Part shown: positions 19,448 through 26,930 of the stretch, one piece after another | Layout: every line of letters begins with the position of its first letter | How positions within the stretch are numbered: the stretch's first letter is position 1 | Assembly: GCA_964466295.1 (NCBI GenBank) | Contig: CAYXRC010000004.1 | Span: 56,677 to 88,676 of the forward strand | From: an uncultured Ruminococcus sp. | GTDB taxonomy: Bacteria > Bacillota > Clostridia > CAKSNL01 > HGM11501 | DNA: 32,000 nucleotides | Reading direction: 5' to 3' | Notes under the pieces: generated by a model | Told to the model about the DNA's origin: nothing | Seen by the model: the letters and a program-made list of their open reading frames with translations, nothing else | Databases searched by the model: none | Position numbers and translations under genes: made by a program

Positions 19448-20383
19448 TTATTCCTGCATTAATTTTTCCGCAACTCGTAATTTTGCGCTTTTCGCCCTTG
19501 AATTTTCCCTTACCTCTTCATCCTTGGGAAGCAGAGGTTTTTTAGTAATTATTTTTATTTCGGGCTTTTTGCCGCAGACGCACACCGGAAAATCCGGAGG
19601 GCAGGTGCAGCCCTTTGCCAATTTCTTAAATTCTTCCTTTACAATTCTGTCCTCTAAGCTGTGGAAGGTAATAATTCCTATCCTTCCTCCCGGCTTTAAA
19701 AGCCCCACCGCTTTGCCGATTGCTTCCGAAACGGCGTCAAGCTCTCCGTTAACCTCAATTCTTATTGCCTGAAAGGTTCTTTTTGCCGGGTGGCTTCCTT
19801 TTTCTCTTGCACCCTCCGGTACTGCCGCCATAATCGCCGCCGATAATTCCATGGTCGTTTTTATCGGACGTCTTTTAACTATAAACTCGGCAATTCTTTT
19901 TGCCCATCTTTCCTCGCCGTAAAGTCCGATTATTCTTACAAGCTCCCTTTCCGAATACCCGTTTACCACGTCGTAAGCGGAAAATGAGGCGGTTTTATCC
20001 ATACGCATATCAAGAGGTGCGTCCTTCATATAGGAAAAGCCGCGCTCCGCATCGTCTATCTGAGGACTCGATACCCCCAGGTCTGCCATAATTCCGTCAA
20101 AGGATGAAATATTATTTTTTTCTGCCAAAAGGTCAATATCCTTAAAATTTCCGTGCTCGAGTATAACTCTGTTCCCGTAGGGCAAAAGCCTTTCCTTTGC
20201 CGCAGAGAGCGCCGTTTGATCCCTGTCAATACCTAAAAGCACGGCTTTATCGGTCATATCTAAAAGTCTTTCGCTGTGACCTGCTCCGCCTAAGGTCATA
20301 TCGCAGTATACTCCGTCTTTATCGCCTATTACAGCGTCGGTAAGCTCATTTTTTAAAACGGAAATGTGAAAAAAATCACTCAT
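19448..20383 (-). CDS. rsmH: 16S rRNA (cytosine1402-N4)-methyltransferase RsmH/MraW
   Basis: HISVL..E, DMTLGGAGHS, DLGVSSPQID and ITFHSLEDRIVK. Confidence 0.95.
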   Translation of the reverse strand: MSDFFHISVLKNELTDAVIGDKDGVYCDMTLGGAGHSERLLDMTDKAVLLGIDRDQTALSAAKERLLPYGNRVILEHGNFKDIDLLAEKNNISSFDGIMADLGVSSPQIDDAERGFSYMKDAPLDMRMDKTASFSAYDVVNGYSERELVRIIGLYGEERWAKRIAEFIVKRRPIKTTMELSAAIMAAVPEGAREKGSHPAKRTFQAIRIEVNGELDAVSEAIGKAVGLLKPGGRIGIITFHSLEDRIVKEEFKKLAKGCTCPPDFPVCVCGKKPEIKIITKKPLLPKDEEVRENSRAKSAKLRVAEKLMQE

Positions 20384-20828
20384 TTCTGATTTTCTCCACC
20401 TCTTCGGCGGCGTCCTCTAAGGTATTTTCGGGATCGTTAATATAGCTCTGCCACTTAGCCTTATCCCAAATTTCAATTTTGTCAAGAGCACCGATAATGC
20501 TTACCTCTTTATCTATGCCGGCATAGCTTCTTAATATGGGCGGAATAAGCATTCTTCCCTGCTTATCTATATTAAGATCCACTCCTCCGGCGGAAAGGCT
20601 TCTGTTAAGCCTTCTGTGGCTTTTGTCGGTTTCATGCTCTAAATTTTCAAGCATCTTTTCAAGACATTTGTTCCATCCCTCATCGTCGTAAACGGTAAGG
20701 CATCCGTCGTATCCTCTGGTAATATGGCAACGGTCGCCCAAAAGCTCTCTGAATTTGGCAGGCAGTATAACTCTCCCTTTTTCATCCAGTGAATGTTCAT
20801 ATTCTCCGTAAAAAATCGGTCCCGGCAT
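20376..20828 (-). CDS. mraZ: Transcriptional regulator MraZ
   Basis: Two SpoVT/AbrB-like halves carrying DxxxR motifs (LDEKGRVILPAKFRE and IDKQGRMLIPPILR). RBS AAAGGAGG lies 8 nt upstream. Confidence 0.95.
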   Translation of the reverse strand: MPGPIFYGEYEHSLDEKGRVILPAKFRELLGDRCHITRGYDGCLTVYDDEGWNKCLEKMLENLEHETDKSHRRLNRSLSAGGVDLNIDKQGRMLIPPILRSYAGIDKEVSIIGALDKIEIWDKAKWQSYINDPENTLEDAAEEVEKIRNE

Positions 20829-20848
20829 ACCGTCCGCCTCCTTTCGTT

Positions 20849-20873
20849 TCCATTTTACTCCACTTTATTCCAC
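20849..20873 (-). promoter_or_regulatory. Three direct pentamer repeats at 10-bp phasing in the mraZ leader (candidate MraZ boxes)
   Basis: The minus strand reads GTGGA-ataaa-GTGGA-gtaaa-ATGGA, ending 4 nt upstream of the RBS. A fourth GTGGT lies inside the promoter spacer (plus strand ACCAC, 20912-20916). Confidence 0.6.
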
Positions 20874-20904
20874 TAACATACCATTGATACACTACGTTAA
20901 TGCT

Positions 20905-20933
20905 ATTATAAACCACTTTTTACAAAATAGCAA
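20905..20933 (-). promoter_or_regulatory. Putative dcw (Pmra) sigmaA promoter
   Basis: The minus strand reads TTGCTA (20928-20933), a 17-nt spacer, then TATAAT (20905-20910). Confidence 0.55.
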
Positions 20934-20966
20934 TAGTTTTTTTAACTTTTTTAAAATAAAATTAAG

Positions 20967-20995
20967 TTGACAAACGCATATGATAGATTTATAAT
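20967..20995 (+). promoter_or_regulatory. Consensus sigmaA promoter for the VanZ-like gene
   Basis: TTGACA (20967-20972), a 17-nt spacer, then TATAAT (20990-20995). Confidence 0.7.
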
Positions 20996-21028
20996 TATAA
21001 ACAATTCATAATTTTAAGGAAGTATTTT

Positions 21029-21526
21029 ATGAAAAAAAATCTTTTAATCAAAGTTACCATTTTGATTTTAATCGCAATCTGGATTTGTGTTATATCAGGT
21101 TTTTCCGGCGAGGACAGCAAAAGCTCTGATAACACAAGCTCACAAGTGACCGAAATCATTTTAGACAAAACGGTATCCGACTTTTCGGATATGCCCGAGC
21201 ACGATCAAAAGCAATTGGTAAAAAAGACAAACCCGATTGTAAGAAAGGCCGCGCACTTTACCGAGTATGCCCTTTTAGGTTTTCTTATCTCGATGTTTTT
21301 TGTTTTTTCCGGAACGAGGGGCTTAAAGCTTATAATATACACCGCCGCCTTCTGTCTTATATTCTCTTCGGCGGACGAAATTCACCAGTACTTTGTGCCG
21401 GGAAGGTCCTGCCAATTTTCTGATATTTTAATAGATACTTCAGGAGGAGCTCTCGGTGCATTTTTAGTTTTCCTATTTTTAAAGGTAAAACGCCGCTTAT
21501 CCTGTACCACAAAAAATAAAGGATGA
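21029..21526 (+). CDS. VanZ-family membrane protein
   Basis: 165 aa with about 4 TM helices. Motifs: KAAHFTEYALLGFL and DEIHQYFVPGRSCQFSDILIDTSGGALG. Confidence 0.75.
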   Translation: MKKNLLIKVTILILIAIWICVISGFSGEDSKSSDNTSSQVTEIILDKTVSDFSDMPEHDQKQLVKKTNPIVRKAAHFTEYALLGFLISMFFVFSGTRGLKLIIYTAAFCLIFSSADEIHQYFVPGRSCQFSDILIDTSGGALGAFLVFLFLKVKRRLSCTTKNKG

Positions 21527-21549
21527 CTTAAAGTTATCCTTTATTTTTG
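21514..21549 (+). terminator. Rho-independent terminator overlapping the VanZ-like stop codon
   Basis: ATAAAGGAT, an 11-nt loop, ATCCTTTAT, then TTTT. Confidence 0.6.
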
Positions 21550-21674
21550 CCCCCTTCCCTTTTATTAAAATTTTTTTATTTTTTTTGCAACCTTTTTGCC
21601 TTATCAAATGTATTATAAGTGAAAATAAGCTTTAACGCTTATTAATAAACAAAAAAAAGAAAGGAATTACTACT

Positions 21675-22814
21675 ATGAAAAAAAGAGCAATAACAATTTT
21701 AATCTCGGCTTCAATGCTTTTAACAACGGCGGCTTTCGCTAACGAGGCTCCGGAGCCTGAGGTGATATCGGCAAACAGCGGAATTTCATCATACGTTCCC
21801 TCATCTTTAAGGAGCATGATAACAGTAAGCGAAAAGGGCGAAGGCTACATAATCGGAAAAACCGACGAAGGAACAGAATTAAGACTTAATTTATCTGAAA
21901 ATACGGTAATAATCGACAGCGTAACGGCGCTTCCCTTATCCGCTCTCGACATTAAAGAGGGCGACGTGATTTTCGCAGAATATTCCGAGGCTATGACAAG
22001 AAGCCTTCCTCCACAGTCAAGCGCATACTTTATTGCGGCAAACACCGATAAGGGCGGAGGGGTAAATCTTATAAACGTATCGGAAATGAAGAAAAACGAG
22101 GACGGAAGCGTGGCTGTAACGGACTTATCCAAGCAGATAATCGTTACAATATCAAAGGACGCTTTAGTTTCTCCCTATAAAACAAAAAACATCGTTACCC
22201 TTGACGATATAAAAGTGGGCTCTTCCCTTCTTGCCTGGTACGACGTTGTGGCATTAAGTTTGCCCGGTCAGTCGCACACAGACAAGATTGTACTTCTTCC
22301 CGCAAGCGAAACCTCTAATGTTAAGGACGAGGCAGAAAAGCTTGGACTTTTGGGCGACATAGTAATAGCAAACGAAAACTGCTTAAGCCGCAGTGAATTT
22401 TCTTCACTTGTATATAACCTTTTAAATTCCGACGGCTCTCTTTTAGACAAAGACTCGGAGGAGAATTTTAACGATGTTACGGATAAAAGAATTAATCTTC
22501 TCGCTTCCTGCGGTATTGTTTCCGGCAGAGGCGACAAAACCTTTGCTCCCGATGATAAAATAACAAAGGAAGAGGCTTATGTAATGGCCTGCCGTGCGGC
22601 AAAGCACATGGGTATTGAAATCCCTGAAGTTAAGGAACGCACAACTCCCGGCATTGAAAACATATCCGACTGGGCGGTTTCCTCGGTTTTAGGCTTAAAC
22701 AGCTTAAAGGGCATTTCATCTGACGGTGCCTCCTTTAATCCTAAGGGAGATGTTACGGTAAGCGAAGCTGTAGATATTCTTTTGGGAATTAACTCTCTTA
22801 AAGCTTCTGAATAA
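21675..22814 (+). CDS. Secreted protein with C-terminal S-layer homology (SLH) repeats and an N-terminal domain of unknown function
   Basis: Signal peptide MKKRAITILISASMLLTTAAFA. SLH-like repeats: FNDVTDKRINLLASCGIVSGRGDKTFAPDDKITKEEAYVM and ISDWAVSSVLGLNSLKGISSDGASFNPKGDVTVSEAVDIL. Confidence 0.6.
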   Translation: MKKRAITILISASMLLTTAAFANEAPEPEVISANSGISSYVPSSLRSMITVSEKGEGYIIGKTDEGTELRLNLSENTVIIDSVTALPLSALDIKEGDVIFAEYSEAMTRSLPPQSSAYFIAANTDKGGGVNLINVSEMKKNEDGSVAVTDLSKQIIVTISKDALVSPYKTKNIVTLDDIKVGSSLLAWYDVVALSLPGQSHTDKIVLLPASETSNVKDEAEKLGLLGDIVIANENCLSRSEFSSLVYNLLNSDGSLLDKDSEENFNDVTDKRINLLASCGIVSGRGDKTFAPDDKITKEEAYVMACRAAKHMGIEIPEVKERTTPGIENISDWAVSSVLGLNSLKGISSDGASFNPKGDVTVSEAVDILLGINSLKASE

Positions 22815-22825
22815 TGCTCCCCCAT

Positions 22826-22867
22826 AAAAAATACCGCAAAGCACTTTAAAGCTTTGCGGTATTTTTT
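22826..22867 (+). terminator. Rho-independent terminator
   Basis: AAAAAATACCGCAAAGC, a loop, then GCTTTGCGGTATTTTTT. Confidence 0.85.
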
Positions 22868-22928
22868 CTATATTGTTTTTTATTTACTTTTGTGTTATAA
22901 TTTTAAAAAAACTTATGGGAGTATTTTT

Positions 22929-23873
22929 ATGAAAAAGATTAAAAAGGTTACTCTGTGCGGTCTTGGCGCTATCGGCGCTTTTTTTGCCGACAGACTAAGA
23001 GAAGATTCGGATATAGTTTTTAATGTTTTAGCCGGCGGCGAACGTGCAGACCGCCTTAGGGAAAAAGGTCTTATAATAAACGGGCGTCAGAAATACTTTA
23101 ATATTGTATCACCGGAGGAAAAGACTTCTTTTTCAGACCTTATCATTATCTCGACAAAATTTTCCGGCCTTAAAACCGCCTTGGAGGATATAAAAAATCA
23201 AGTCGGACCGGACACCTTAATTATGGCGCCTTTAAACGGAGTGGAAAGCGAGGATGCGGTTGCATCGGTCTACGGATTTGAGCGTACAATTTATTCATTG
23301 GTGCGTGTCAGCAGTGTTAAGAACTCAAATAAAGTAAGCTTTGACCCCGAAACCTCCTTTGTGGAATTCGGTGAAAGAATAAACGACCCGTCAAATCCCT
23401 CGGAAAATGTTTCCGCCATAAAGGCTCTTTTTGATCATGCCAAAATAAAGTCGGTCATACAGCCCGATATGCAAAAGGCAATATGGGAAAAATTTGTCTG
23501 CAACGTAAGCGAAAATCAAGTGTCCGCAGTTTTGGATATACCCTTTGGCGCCTGGGGCTCGTCAAAAAGCGCCGATCAATTAAGACTTATGGTTGCGGAC
23601 GAGGTTATTTCGGTTGCAGAAAAAAAGGGAATATCAATAGACCGTGACTATCCAAGAAGGCATCTTGAATTTCTTAAAAAGGTGCCCGTCGAAAATAAAT
23701 CCTCCACCCTTCAGGATATATTGGCCGGGCGGAAAACAGAAAAGGATATTTTTTCAGGCGCAATGATAAGGCTTGGCAGAGAAACGGGAGTGCCGACTCC
23801 GTTAAACGAATTTTTATACCACGCCTTAACCGTACTTGAGGAAAAAAACGACGGAAAAATAATGGGAATATAG
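22929..23873 (+). CDS. 2-dehydropantoate 2-reductase family oxidoreductase (PanE/ApbA-like)
   Basis: N-terminal Rossmann motif VTLCGLGAIGAFFADRL, followed by ApbA-like organisation (..STKF..L...L...., K.SMLQD-type STLQDILAGRKTE). The start is set at MKKIKKV, after GGGAG. The track start at 22854 lies inside the upstream terminator. Confidence 0.65.
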   Translation: MKKIKKVTLCGLGAIGAFFADRLREDSDIVFNVLAGGERADRLREKGLIINGRQKYFNIVSPEEKTSFSDLIIISTKFSGLKTALEDIKNQVGPDTLIMAPLNGVESEDAVASVYGFERTIYSLVRVSSVKNSNKVSFDPETSFVEFGERINDPSNPSENVSAIKALFDHAKIKSVIQPDMQKAIWEKFVCNVSENQVSAVLDIPFGAWGSSKSADQLRLMVADEVISVAEKKGISIDRDYPRRHLEFLKKVPVENKSSTLQDILAGRKTEKDIFSGAMIRLGRETGVPTPLNEFLYHALTVLEEKNDGKIMGI

Positions 23874-23897
23874 CTCTCCTAATAAAATTGAAAATGG

Positions 23898-23952
23898 GGT
23901 ACAGACATATTTTGACTATCCTTTTAAACCAGGTTGAAAAATATGTCCGTAC
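23898..23952. repeat. 16-bp inverted repeat with a 23-nt loop (possible shared terminator)
   Basis: GGTACAGACATATTTT (23898-23913) pairs with AAAATATGTCCGTACC (23937-23952) with one mismatch. On the plus strand it is followed by TCATATTTTT. Confidence 0.45.
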
Positions 23953-23961
23953 CTCATATTT

Positions 23962-24189
23962 TTATGCTAGCCTGACGATACCAATTTTGGGCACCGATTT
24001 TGCAAGGCGCAGCCGTCTTATGTAGTTTGACGGAGTAGTTCCCGTTCTCTCCTCAAACAGCTTAGAGGCGTACCACGGCGAATAATGAGAAACCTCTGAA
24101 AGCTTTGCCGGCGTAATAGCTTCAAAAAGATTTTTCTCTATGTAATTTTGCATTTCCTGTACTGCCCTCGTACGCTGCGAAATAAAAGC
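23962..24189 (-). pseudogene. AraC/XylS-family regulator remnant (first HTH only)
   Basis: The open frame AFISQRTRAVQEMQNYIEKNLFEAITPAKLSEVSHYSPWYASKLFEERTGTTPSNYIRRLRLAKS is a typical AraC HTH-1. It begins directly after a TGA, so there is no ligand-binding domain. It ends prematurely. A ..WYRQ.. C-terminal-like string appears in another frame. Confidence 0.6.
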
Positions 24190-24252
24190 TCACCCCTTAC
24201 AAAATACATTATAACGCTTAAGGAGAATGAATTTCTCGACTTTTTTGCTCTA

Positions 24253-24291
24253 TTAAAAAAGGCGGAAAGCTCGCTATAAAGCTTTCCGTCC
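24253..24291 (-). terminator. Rho-independent terminator ending the redox/fumarase operon
   Basis: The minus strand reads GGACGGAAAGC, a loop, GCTTTCCGCC, then TTTTTT. It starts 5 nt after the fumarase beta stop. Confidence 0.8.
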
Positions 24292-24295
24292 TTTC

Positions 24296-24859
24296 TTATT
24301 TATTTTTTACGCTTTCGAGATAATTTTTTCTGCCCTCTTCATAAAGGTTATTGCCCTCGCTGTCAATGATAACTACCAGAGGCATATCCTCAACATAAAG
24401 ACGTCTTAACGCTTCGGATTGAAGATCCTCGTACGCCACAAGCTCACACTTTTTAACGCATTTTGCCAAAAGTGCGCCGGCGCCGCCGATAGCTCCGAAG
24501 TATACGCCCGAATACTTTTTCATAGCCTCAACAACCTCGGGAAGGCGTGCTCCCTTGCCTATCATACCCCTTGCGCCCACACTCATCATAGTGGGAGCGT
24601 AAGCGTCCATACGTCCGCTGGTAGTAGGTCCGGCAGAGCCGATTACATGCCCGGGCTTTGCCGGCGTGGGACCGACATAATAGATAGTAGCGTCAGTGGG
24701 GTCAAAGGGGAGCTTTTCACCCCGTGCGAGCGCCTCGCACATTCTTTTGTGTCCTGCATCTCTTGAGGTGTATATTGTACCGGTTAAGAGCACCTTATCT
24801 CCTGCGTGGAGAGTCCTTGCAAGCTCCTCGGTAAGAGGAAGAGTTATGCGCTTTTCCAT
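24296..24859 (-). CDS. Class I Fe-S hydro-lyase beta subunit (fumarate hydratase FumB-type; tartrate dehydratase not excluded)
   Basis: 187 aa. Motifs: LLTGTIYTSRDAGHKR and GPTTSGRMD. TAATG overlap with the alpha subunit, and RBS GGAGGTGA. Confidence 0.8.
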   Translation of the reverse strand: MEKRITLPLTEELARTLHAGDKVLLTGTIYTSRDAGHKRMCEALARGEKLPFDPTDATIYYVGPTPAKPGHVIGSAGPTTSGRMDAYAPTMMSVGARGMIGKGARLPEVVEAMKKYSGVYFGAIGGAGALLAKCVKKCELVAYEDLQSEALRRLYVEDMPLVVIIDSEGNNLYEEGRKNYLESVKNK

Positions 24860-25701
24860 TATATCACCTCCGTTTTATGACGTGTAACGTGGCAGTTTAT
24901 ATTTACCGCACAGGGCATTCCGGCAATATGGGTGGGCATTGTTTCTATATTAAGAGCAATTGCCGTAGTCTTACCTCCGAAGCCCTGAGGTCCGATTCCA
25001 AGCTGGTTTACCTTTTCGAGCATTTCTTTTTCAAGGTCAGCGTAATAGGGATCGGGATTAGAAGAGCCTAAATCACGCATCAATGCCTTTTTAGCCAAAA
25101 GAGCGCATTTATCAAAGGTACCGCCTATGCCTACTCCGACTACCATGGGAGGACAGGGGTTGGGACCTGCGGTTTCCACCGCCTCTAAAATAAAGTTTTT
25201 AATACCTTCAAGTCCGGCAGAGGGCTTGAACATACGGATAGCGCTCATATTTTCACTTCCGAAGCCCTTGGGACCCACGGTGATTTTAATATTTTCGCCC
25301 GGCACTATCTCGGTATAAAGCATTGCCGGAGTATTGTCGCCGGTGTTGCCTCTTCTTATGGGGTCGGCTACAACGGACTTTCTTAAATATCCGTTGGTAT
25401 AGCCTCTTCTTACTCCCTCGTTAACCGCCTCGGTAAGGTCGCCGCCTATAAGGTGAACATCCTGTCCGATTTCGAGAAATACGCACGCAACGCCCGTATC
25501 CTGACAAATCGGCACGTTTTCCGAGTCTGCAATTTCATAATTTTTTATTATGTTATCCAAAACGCCCTTTGCGATTTCTCCGTCCTCTTCCTTTCGGCAG
25601 GCAGTGATAGCGCACTTTACGTCTTCGGGAAGATGGGTATTTGCCTCAATGCAAAGTCTTTCGATAACGTCCGTAAGCTGACTTACGTTTATCTCACGCA
25701 T
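24859..25701 (-). CDS. Class I Fe-S hydro-lyase alpha subunit (fumarate hydratase FumA-type)
   Basis: 280 aa. Motifs: PICQDTGVACVFLEIGQDV, PPMVVGVGIGGTFD and GPQGFGGKTTA. Confidence 0.8.
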   Translation of the reverse strand: MREINVSQLTDVIERLCIEANTHLPEDVKCAITACRKEEDGEIAKGVLDNIIKNYEIADSENVPICQDTGVACVFLEIGQDVHLIGGDLTEAVNEGVRRGYTNGYLRKSVVADPIRRGNTGDNTPAMLYTEIVPGENIKITVGPKGFGSENMSAIRMFKPSAGLEGIKNFILEAVETAGPNPCPPMVVGVGIGGTFDKCALLAKKALMRDLGSSNPDPYYADLEKEMLEKVNQLGIGPQGFGGKTTAIALNIETMPTHIAGMPCAVNINCHVTRHKTEVI

Positions 25702-25726
25702 AATCTTTATTCCTTTCTTTAAGGTT

Positions 25727-26911
25727 TTACAATAACAATCCTATAAACTGGCACGAAAGTACCACGCACACAAGTGCAATCGGGTAGGTTGCCGCATAAG
25801 CAGAGGCAACGTCGTCCGTTCCGGTAACGCTTATAAGTGTGCCGAGAGCCGGAGTGCTTGTCATTCCGCCGCAGATAGAGCCTAATGTGTTAAATATTCT
25901 AAGCTTTAATACCTTAGATGCAACGATATATCCTAAAATCATGGGAACTAAGGTTATAAGCGCTCCGTATAAGAAGAGCACCGCTCCCTGTTCTTTTAAA
26001 ATCCGGACAAAATCTGCGCCTGCGCCTGTTCCTGCGCCAAGCAGGAACATACAAAGACCGAATTCTCTCATACATTCAAGAACATTTTTTTCAACCTTTA
26101 AGCTGAGCTTTCCGATATGTCCGAAATGTCCGAGTATAAGTCCGGCGATTAAGGGGCCGCCCGATGTGCCGAGGGAAAATTCCGCTCCGCCCGGAAGCGG
26201 AATTTTAATCTTCGCCAAAACTATGCCCAAAACTATGGCAAGAGCGAGGGGCAAAAATCCCATAGGCTCCGCACGGAAAAGCTTTTTTTCTTCCTTTTTT
26301 ACGGATACGCTTGATGCGGCTTCAAATTCAGCTCTTTCCTTTGCCATATCAAGCTTTAAGAACTTAGGTATAAGCTGAACGAAAAGCACAACTCCGATAA
26401 CTCCGAAAGGATAGGCTATACCGTAGCCCACAGAAGCTAAGCTCTGCGCCGTTTCGGCATTTCCTGCCGTTGCAGCAGCGGCCGCCGCCTCCTGAGCCGC
26501 CGCAAGACCGGGAGTACTTGTAAGAGCCCCTGCCATCATTCCGACTCCGATTTCTTTAGGGATTGAGCCGAGCTTTATTACAGCTACGGTAGTCAGCGCC
26601 CCTACAAGAATAATTATAAAGCCCAAAAGAATATAGTTTTTCGCATTAACCTTAAAGTTTCTGAAAAATTTAGGTCCGGCTATAAATCCTACCGAGGTAA
26701 CAAATAAAATAAGTCCGAGATCGCCGATTTCCTTAGGAACACTGAAGCCGAAATGCCCGAAAACAAGCGCTGCAAGCAAAACTCCGGCAGTACCTATTTC
26801 AATGCCCTTTATCTTTATGCTTCCTACAAGATATCCGACCGCCGCAATAAGGAAAACGACCATAAAGGTGTTGCCCATTACGCTCTCGGTAAACCAATTT
26901 AAAAGTCCCAT
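25727..26911 (-). CDS. AAEx (aspartate:alanine exchanger / YidE-YbjL) family transporter, short form without central RCK_C domains
   Basis: 394 aa made of two homologous hydrophobic halves (MVVFLIAAVGYLVGSIKIKGIEIGTAGVLLAALVFGH... and LPLALAIVLGIVLAKIKIPLPGGAEFSLGTSGGPLIAGLILGH...). The halves are joined by a charged linker of roughly 30 aa. Confidence 0.65.
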   Translation of the reverse strand: MGLLNWFTESVMGNTFMVVFLIAAVGYLVGSIKIKGIEIGTAGVLLAALVFGHFGFSVPKEIGDLGLILFVTSVGFIAGPKFFRNFKVNAKNYILLGFIIILVGALTTVAVIKLGSIPKEIGVGMMAGALTSTPGLAAAQEAAAAAATAGNAETAQSLASVGYGIAYPFGVIGVVLFVQLIPKFLKLDMAKERAEFEAASSVSVKKEEKKLFRAEPMGFLPLALAIVLGIVLAKIKIPLPGGAEFSLGTSGGPLIAGLILGHFGHIGKLSLKVEKNVLECMREFGLCMFLLGAGTGAGADFVRILKEQGAVLFLYGALITLVPMILGYIVASKVLKLRIFNTLGSICGGMTSTPALGTLISVTGTDDVASAYAATYPIALVCVVLSCQFIGLLL

Positions 26912-26930
26912 TTTCCTTGTCTACGCCTCC

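Noticed and set aside
21632-21817. 61-aa minus-strand ORF overlapping the start of the SLH gene.
   Set aside because: It is antisense to a signal-peptide-encoding region, and has no RBS and no motif. Its hydrophobicity simply mirrors the opposite strand.
22854-22928. N-terminal extensions of track ORFs: 22854 for the PanE-like gene, 7313 for recA, 9592 for ftsZ, 29239 for the FrdB-like gene, 11879 for murA, 19441 for ftsL and 4474 for the glycosidase.
   Set aside because: Downstream in-frame starts have properly spaced AGGAGG-type RBSs and give N-termini that match the families. The 22854 start would lie inside the preceding terminator hairpin.
23898-23952. Inverted repeat considered as the terminal repeats of a MITE or IS remnant.
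   Set aside because: Only a single copy is visible in 32 kb. I saw no transposase and no flanking direct repeats. Its position after the PanE-like stop fits a stem-loop terminator or deletion scar better.
24296-25701. Two-subunit hydro-lyase considered as L(+)-tartrate dehydratase (TtdAB) or mesaconase rather than fumarase.
   Set aside because: This is not fully rejected. The subunit sizes (280 and 187 aa) and the adjacent Frd-like genes favour fumarate hydratase, but the motifs alone cannot separate these specificities.
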